The notes below the pieces were generated by a model. The model saw only the letters and a program-made list of their open reading frames with translations. It had not been told where the DNA came from and ran no database searches. A stretch of 53,037 bases of DNA from Actinomycetota bacterium. Its GTDB lineage: Bacteria > Actinomycetota > Acidimicrobiia > Acidimicrobiales > GCA-2861595. Location: positions 1-53,037 of the forward strand of contig JBQTJJ010000047.1 in the NCBI GenBank assembly GCA_052387235.1, given 5' to 3'. Positions 47,961 through 53,037 of this stretch are shown here, in pieces. A program made the position numbers and the translations under genes. How positions within the stretch are numbered: position 1 is the stretch's first letter; every line of letters starts with the position of its first letter.

Positions 47961-49120
47961 AGGCCCTCGTGTACGAGCGGTCGGTGCCGAAGTTCGCGGC
48001 GGCGAGGGTGGCCTCGGCGCTGGCCGCCGGCGCCGGCGCCCGGGTCGGCCCGCTGCACCTGACCGACGTGGACGAGCCGGCGCTGCCGGGACCGGGGTGG
48101 CACCGGGTCCGGCCCCGCCTGGCCGGCATCTGCGGGTCGGACCTGGCCACCGTGGACGCCAGGAGCAGCCGGTGGTTCGAGGGCGTGGTGAGCTTCCCCT
48201 TCGTGCCCGGCCACGAGGTTGTGGGCGACCTCGACGACGGCACGAGGGTCGTGCTGGAGCCGGTGCTGGCGTGCGCGGCGCGGGCCCTCGACCCGCCCTG
48301 CGCCGCCTGCTCCCGCGGCGACAACGGCAACTGCGAGCGCATCGCCTTCGGCGACCTCGAGCCCGGCCTGCAGACCGGCTACTGCGCCGACACCGGCGGC
48401 GGGTGGTCCCACGCCCTGGTGGCCCACGACAGCCAGCTCCACCGCGTGCCCGACGGCATGAGCGACGAGGCGGCGGTGATGGTGGAGCCCACCGCCTGCG
48501 CGGCCCACGCCGTCCTGTCGGCCGCCGAGCTCGCAGGCGGCGCCACCGTGGCCGTGCTGGGCGCCGGCACGCTCGGCCTGTGCACCATCGCCGCCCTGCG
48601 GCGCCTGGCCCTGCCCGGCACCGTGATCGCAGGCGCCAAGCATCCCCACCAGCGCCGGCTGGCCGTCGACCTCGGCGCCGACGAGGTGGTGGAGCCCGCG
48701 GAGCTGGCCCGGGCCGTACGGCGCCGGACCCGGTCGCTCGCCGTCGACGGCCAGCTCACCGGCGGTGCCGACGTGGTCGTCGACTGCGTGGGCAGCGAGG
48801 CGTCGCTGGCCCAGGCCCTCTCCGTCGTACGGCCCCGCGGGTCCATCGTCCTGGTGGGCATGCCCGGCCCGGTGCGGGTGGACCTCACCCCGCTGTGGCA
48901 GCGCGAGATCCGCCTGGTGGGCTCGTACGCCTACCGCTCCGACACCTTCGCCACCGCCTTCGACCTGGTGGCCGAGGCCCGCCTCGAGCGCCTCGTCTCC
49001 GCCCTCTACCCGCTGGAGCGCTGGCGGGAGGCCCTCGACCACGCCGGCGCCGCCGGCCGGCGGGGTGCCGTCAAGATCGCCTTCGACCTCCGGTCGACCA
49101 AGCCCAAGAGGTCCCGCTAG
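47957..49120 (+). CDS. Zinc-dependent (MDR) dehydrogenase
   Basis: GICGSD, GHEVVG, structural Cys cluster, GAGTLG. Confidence 0.92.
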   Translation: MKALVYERSVPKFAAARVASALAAGAGARVGPLHLTDVDEPALPGPGWHRVRPRLAGICGSDLATVDARSSRWFEGVVSFPFVPGHEVVGDLDDGTRVVLEPVLACAARALDPPCAACSRGDNGNCERIAFGDLEPGLQTGYCADTGGGWSHALVAHDSQLHRVPDGMSDEAAVMVEPTACAAHAVLSAAELAGGATVAVLGAGTLGLCTIAALRRLALPGTVIAGAKHPHQRRLAVDLGADEVVEPAELARAVRRRTRSLAVDGQLTGGADVVVDCVGSEASLAQALSVVRPRGSIVLVGMPGPVRVDLTPLWQREIRLVGSYAYRSDTFATAFDLVAEARLERLVSALYPLERWREALDHAGAAGRRGAVKIAFDLRSTKPKRSR

Positions 49121-50707
49121 ATGCCCCGTCCCGGCTTCGTGCTCGACGTCGACCGATCCACCCCGCCCACCCTGTTCTGGCACGGCGAGCAGTTCCGCAT
49201 GGAACGGCTGCCGGTGGGGAGCCGGATCATCTACCCCCCCGAGCCCCTGGCGCCGCTGGCCGACCCGGACGCCGCCATCAGGGCGGCGCTGCTCGACCCG
49301 CTCGGGGACAGCCAGCCCCTCCCCTCCCTGCTCCGCCCGGGCATGAAGCTCACCATCTGCTTCGACGACGTGTCCCTCCCCCTGCCGCCCATGCGCCGGC
49401 CGGACGTGCGCCAGCGGGTCGTCGAGGCCGTGCTGGAGATGGCTGCCGAGGCCGGCGTGGACGACGTGGTGCTCATCGCCGCGCTGGCGCTCCACCGCCG
49501 GATGACCGAGGCCGAGCTGCGCCACGCCCTGGGCGACCGGGTCTACGACTCGTTCGCCCCCGCCGGCCTGCTCACCCAGCTCGACGCCGAGGACCCCGAG
49601 CAGATGCTCCACCTGGGCACCACCGACCAGGGCGAGGACGTCGAGATCTCCAAGCGGGCCGCCACCAGCGACCTCATCGTCTACGTGAACATCAACCTGG
49701 TGGCCATGGACGGAGGCCACAAGAGCGTGGCCACCGGCCTGGCGTCGTACCGCTCGCTCAAGCACCACCACAACGTGCGCACCCTCCAGCGAAGCCGCTC
49801 GCTCATGGACCACAAGCACTCCGAGCTGCACTCCAGCAACTGGCGCATGGGCCGCCACATCGCGGCCCAGGGGATCAAGATCTTCCAGATCGAGACCACC
49901 CTCAACACCAACACCTTCCCGGAGCAGTTCTCGTTCCTCATGAAGCGGGAGTGGGAGTGGTCGGCCAGGGACCGGGCCGGCTACGTGGCCGTGAGCAGGT
50001 CCCTCGACCGCACGCCGGCCCGCCTTCGCACCGCCATCTTCCAGTCCATGAAGGCGCCCCACCAGATGACCAGCGTCCAGGCCGGCGAGGTGGAGGCGGT
50101 CCACGAGGTCACCACCGCCAACGTCCACCGCCAGCAGCTGGTGGAGGTGCAGGGCCAGACCGACGTCCTCACCATGGGGCTTCCCTACATCTGCCCCTAC
50201 AACGTGAACTCGGTGATGAACCCGATCCTCGTGGCCTGCCTCGGTCTGGGGTACTTCTTCAACCTCTACCGCGGCAGGCCCCTCGTGCGCGAGGGCGGCG
50301 TGGTGATCATGCACCACCCCACGCCCCGGGCCTTCCACCCCGTCCACCACCCGAGCTACATCGACTTCTACGACCAGGTGCTGGCCGAGACCACCGATCC
50401 GCTCGAGCTGGAGGCCAAGTTCGAGGAGCAGTTCGCCACCGACCCCTGGTACATCCACCTCTACCGCACCAGCCACGCCTACCACGGCGTCCACCCGTTC
50501 TACATGTGGTACTGGTGCGCCCACGCCCTCCAGCACCTGGGCGGCGTCATCGTGGTGGGCGGCGACACGAAGGCGGTGCGCCGGCTGGGCTTCAAGCCCG
50601 CCTCCACCCTCGACGACGCCCTCGAGATGGCCTCCGACGTGGTGGGCCCCAGCCCGTCGGTCACCCACCTCCACGCCCCGCCCCTGCTCATCGCGGACGT
50701 CAAGTGA
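49121..50707 (+). CDS. Lactate-racemase N-terminal (DUF2088/LarA-like) domain protein
   Basis: AIRAALLDPLG..PL..L, ICFDDVSLP, ALALHRRMTEAEL, GGHKS. Confidence 0.75.
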   Translation: MPRPGFVLDVDRSTPPTLFWHGEQFRMERLPVGSRIIYPPEPLAPLADPDAAIRAALLDPLGDSQPLPSLLRPGMKLTICFDDVSLPLPPMRRPDVRQRVVEAVLEMAAEAGVDDVVLIAALALHRRMTEAELRHALGDRVYDSFAPAGLLTQLDAEDPEQMLHLGTTDQGEDVEISKRAATSDLIVYVNINLVAMDGGHKSVATGLASYRSLKHHHNVRTLQRSRSLMDHKHSELHSSNWRMGRHIAAQGIKIFQIETTLNTNTFPEQFSFLMKREWEWSARDRAGYVAVSRSLDRTPARLRTAIFQSMKAPHQMTSVQAGEVEAVHEVTTANVHRQQLVEVQGQTDVLTMGLPYICPYNVNSVMNPILVACLGLGYFFNLYRGRPLVREGGVVIMHHPTPRAFHPVHHPSYIDFYDQVLAETTDPLELEAKFEEQFATDPWYIHLYRTSHAYHGVHPFYMWYWCAHALQHLGGVIVVGGDTKAVRRLGFKPASTLDDALEMASDVVGPSPSVTHLHAPPLLIADVK

Positions 50708-50716
50708 ACCGGATCC

Positions 50717-50763
50717 CCCACTCCCGAGTAAATAGCTCCCCATTTTGGGGAGCTATTTACTCG
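50717..50763. repeat. Palindromic REP-like element, copy 3
   Basis: CCCACTCC-CGAGTAAATAGCTCCCCA-TTT-TGGGGAGCTATTTACTCG. Confidence 0.88.
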
Positions 50764-50774
50764 AAAGGCGCCTG

Positions 50775-51674
50775 ATGCGACTGCGGCGGTTCCCGTTCGG
50801 GCCTCCGAGCTGGCCCGGGGGCGTGCCGCGGCCGCCGGTCGAGAAGCGCACGGGCGTGCACACGGAGACGGCGTGGGCCCGCCGGTACCCGGCCCGCCTG
50901 GCCCGGGCCCTGGTGCTGGACGGGGTCACCCGACCGTTCATCCGGGCGCTCGCCTCCCCCGACGTGGACGGCCTCGACCGCATCGAGTCGCTGCCGGCGC
51001 CGGCGATCTTCGCCGCCAACCACTCGAGCCACGTGGACACGCCGCTGGTCCTCACCTCCCTGCCCGAGCGGTTCCGCCACCGCACCGCGGTGGCCGCCGC
51101 CGCCGACCACTTCTTCGACAAGCGGTGGAAGGGCCGCCTCTGGGCCCTGAGCATCAACGCCATCCCCATCGAGCGGGCCCGGGTGAGCCCGCAGTCCACC
51201 AAGCTGGCCCTGTCGCTCATCGAGGGCGGGTGGAGCCTCGTCATCTTCCCCGAGGGCGGGCGCAGCCCGGACGGGTGGGGCCAGAGCCACCGGGCCGGCG
51301 CCGCTTACCTGGCCGTGCGCACCGGCGCGCCGGTGGTCCCGGTGCACCTGCACGGCACCCGCCGCATCCTGAAGAAGGGGGGGAAGGGGGTCCGCCCCGC
51401 CGCCACCGCCGTCACCTTCGGCCGGCCCCTGCGGGCGGAGGAGGGCGAGAGCGCCCATGCCCTGGCCGCCCGCATAGAGCGGGCCATCGAGGTGCTGGCC
51501 GACGAGCGGGCGTCCGGGCTGTGGGCCTCCCGGCGCCGGGCCGCGGCCGGCGCCACCCCGGTCCTCACCGGGCCGGCCGCCACCGGGTGGCGCCGGACCT
51601 GGGCCCTCGACGAGAACCGCCGGCGCACCGGGTCCTCCACGATCTGGCCCCCCGGGAGCTCGCGCCGGACCTGA
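50775..51674 (+). CDS. Lysophospholipid (PlsC-type) acyltransferase
   Basis: NHSSHVD (HxxxxD), FPEGGRS, PVVPV. Confidence 0.92.
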   Translation: MRLRRFPFGPPSWPGGVPRPPVEKRTGVHTETAWARRYPARLARALVLDGVTRPFIRALASPDVDGLDRIESLPAPAIFAANHSSHVDTPLVLTSLPERFRHRTAVAAAADHFFDKRWKGRLWALSINAIPIERARVSPQSTKLALSLIEGGWSLVIFPEGGRSPDGWGQSHRAGAAYLAVRTGAPVVPVHLHGTRRILKKGGKGVRPAATAVTFGRPLRAEEGESAHALAARIERAIEVLADERASGLWASRRRAAAGATPVLTGPAATGWRRTWALDENRRRTGSSTIWPPGSSRRT

Positions 51675-51909
51675 GCGACCACCGGGCGCCGGCATCCCGG
51701 GGACCGGCCCTGCCCACCTTGCGGCCCGGGCGACCGGAGCCGCTTCGCTGTCGGCAGGGCGGGGACCGGCGGTACACTGGCCGACCACAGCAGGACCCGG
51801 GGCGGTGCCGGCGACGGCGCCTTCTCCCCAAACCCCCCCTTCAACGGAGAAGGCCCGGCCGATTTCCCCGAGCCGCAGCATGCGGCACCGAGCACACCGA
51901 GGTCAGCCC

Positions 51910-53037
51910 ATGCGTGCAGAACGCGATGCCTGCGGCATCGGCTTCACCGCCGATATGCACGGGCGGTCCTCGCGGGCCATCGTCGAGGCGGCCCTGTCCG
52001 GCCTGGCCTGCGTCATCCACCGTGGCGCGGTGGCGGCCGACAGCCGCACGTCCGACGGATCGGGCGTCCTGCTGCCGATCCCGCCCGCCATCTTCGGTCC
52101 CGACCACGGCGTGGCGGTGCTCTTCGCCCGGGGCGACGACCCCAGGGCCGCGGTGGAGGCGGCCGCCGGCGCCGAGGGGATCGACGTGGTGGAGTGGCGC
52201 ACCCCGCCCACCGACCCGTCCCAGCTCGGCACCCTGGCCCAGCAGAGCCAGCCGCTGCTGCTCCAGGCCGTCCTGGAGAGCCGGACCCCCCATGCCGTCA
52301 ACGGCAGCAGCCCCGAGGCGGCCGCGTTCCGGATGCGCCGGCGCATCGAGGCAACCGCCACCGGCACCTACGTGGCCAGCTGCTCCTTCCGCACCGTGTC
52401 GTACAAGGGCCTGGTGGCCGCCGACCTGCTCGGGAGGTTCTACCTCGACCTGGCCGACCCCCGCTTCGAGGCCCCGTTCGCCGTCTTCCACCAGCGCTTC
52501 TCCACCAACACCCTCCCGACCTGGGAGCGGGCCCAGCCCTTCCGGAGCCTGTGCCACAACGGCGAGATCAACGCCATCGCCGGCAACGTGAACCGCATGC
52601 GCGCCCGCAGCGTGCTCGGCACCGAGGCCGCCGGGCTCGGCGGCGAAGAGCTGTTCCACCCGCTCCTCAGCACCGGCGACTCCGACTCCGGCCAGCTCGA
52701 CTCGGCGGTAGAGCTGCTCGTTCGGGGAGGCCGCGACATCCGCCACGCCGTCGCCATGCTCGTGCCGGAGGCATGGGAGGGGGCGAGAGACCTCGACCCC
52801 GAGGTGCGCGGATTCTTCCGCTACCACGCCAGCCTGGTGGAGCCGTGGGACGGCCCCGCCGGCCTCATCTTCACCGACGGCCTCGGCGTGGGCGCCGCCC
52901 TCGACCGCAACGGCCTGCGCCCCCTGCGCTTCGCCATCTGCGACGACGGCCTCGTGGTGTGCTGCTCGGAGGCCGGCGCCGTCGACCTGCGCGGCCTCGA
53001 GCGGGTGCGGCGAGGGCGCCTCGGCCCAGGGCAGATG
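51910..53037 (+). CDS. gltB: Glutamate synthase large subunit (5' part; runs off the window)
   Basis: ERDACGIGF, HRGAVAAD...DGSG, YKG, HQRFSTNT, HNGEIN, EPWDGPA, DRNGLRP. Alternative ATG at 51880. Confidence 0.93.
   Translation, partial: MRAERDACGIGFTADMHGRSSRAIVEAALSGLACVIHRGAVAADSRTSDGSGVLLPIPPAIFGPDHGVAVLFARGDDPRAAVEAAAGAEGIDVVEWRTPPTDPSQLGTLAQQSQPLLLQAVLESRTPHAVNGSSPEAAAFRMRRRIEATATGTYVASCSFRTVSYKGLVAADLLGRFYLDLADPRFEAPFAVFHQRFSTNTLPTWERAQPFRSLCHNGEINAIAGNVNRMRARSVLGTEAAGLGGEELFHPLLSTGDSDSGQLDSAVELLVRGGRDIRHAVAMLVPEAWEGARDLDPEVRGFFRYHASLVEPWDGPAGLIFTDGLGVGAALDRNGLRPLRFAICDDGLVVCCSEAGAVDLRGLERVRRGRLGPGQM

Noticed and set aside
51819-51854. 9-bp hairpin with a C-rich loop upstream of gltB as a riboswitch
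   Set aside because: It matches no aptamer I recognise, and the GGAGAAGG it pairs is too far from either candidate ATG to be the RBS.

Overview
High-GC actinobacterial chromosome segment. Gene order and content suggest Acidimicrobiia (inference). The left half is the conserved backbone, mostly on the minus strand: thrS, HIT, [EF-G-like, + strand], pgsA, acyltransferase, pimA, lemA, htpX, pdxST, yebC, ruvCAB, queA, tgt, yajC, secDF. The right half is more accessory: mshC-like, npdG, a lone NuoF-like gene, an M23 peptidase, ALDH, PP2C/STAS, a decayed tRNA-Val island carrying toxin-antitoxin pairs, an ECF sigma/anti-sigma pair, a TetR-controlled lipid cluster and the 5' part of gltB. The main signals beyond routine annotation are six. 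(1) A 58-aa DUF1059-like protein missed by the ORF track has UGA in place of its first conserved Cys, followed by an fdhF-like SECIS hairpin (candidate selenoprotein, 14675-14851). (2) A FAR-HAD / MDR / LarA-like / acyltransferase cluster resembles a rearranged myxobacterial elb ether-lipid pathway. (3) The 5' end of a group II intron sits directly after a probable leaderless GTG start codon (1-124). (4) A MazF-type TA islet is bracketed by a 39-bp duplication of the yebC 3' end. (5) A three-copy palindromic repeat family shows compensatory changes. (6) Several genes appear to use CTG starts overlapping an upstream TGA stop. All family calls come from motif recognition by eye; no searches were run.
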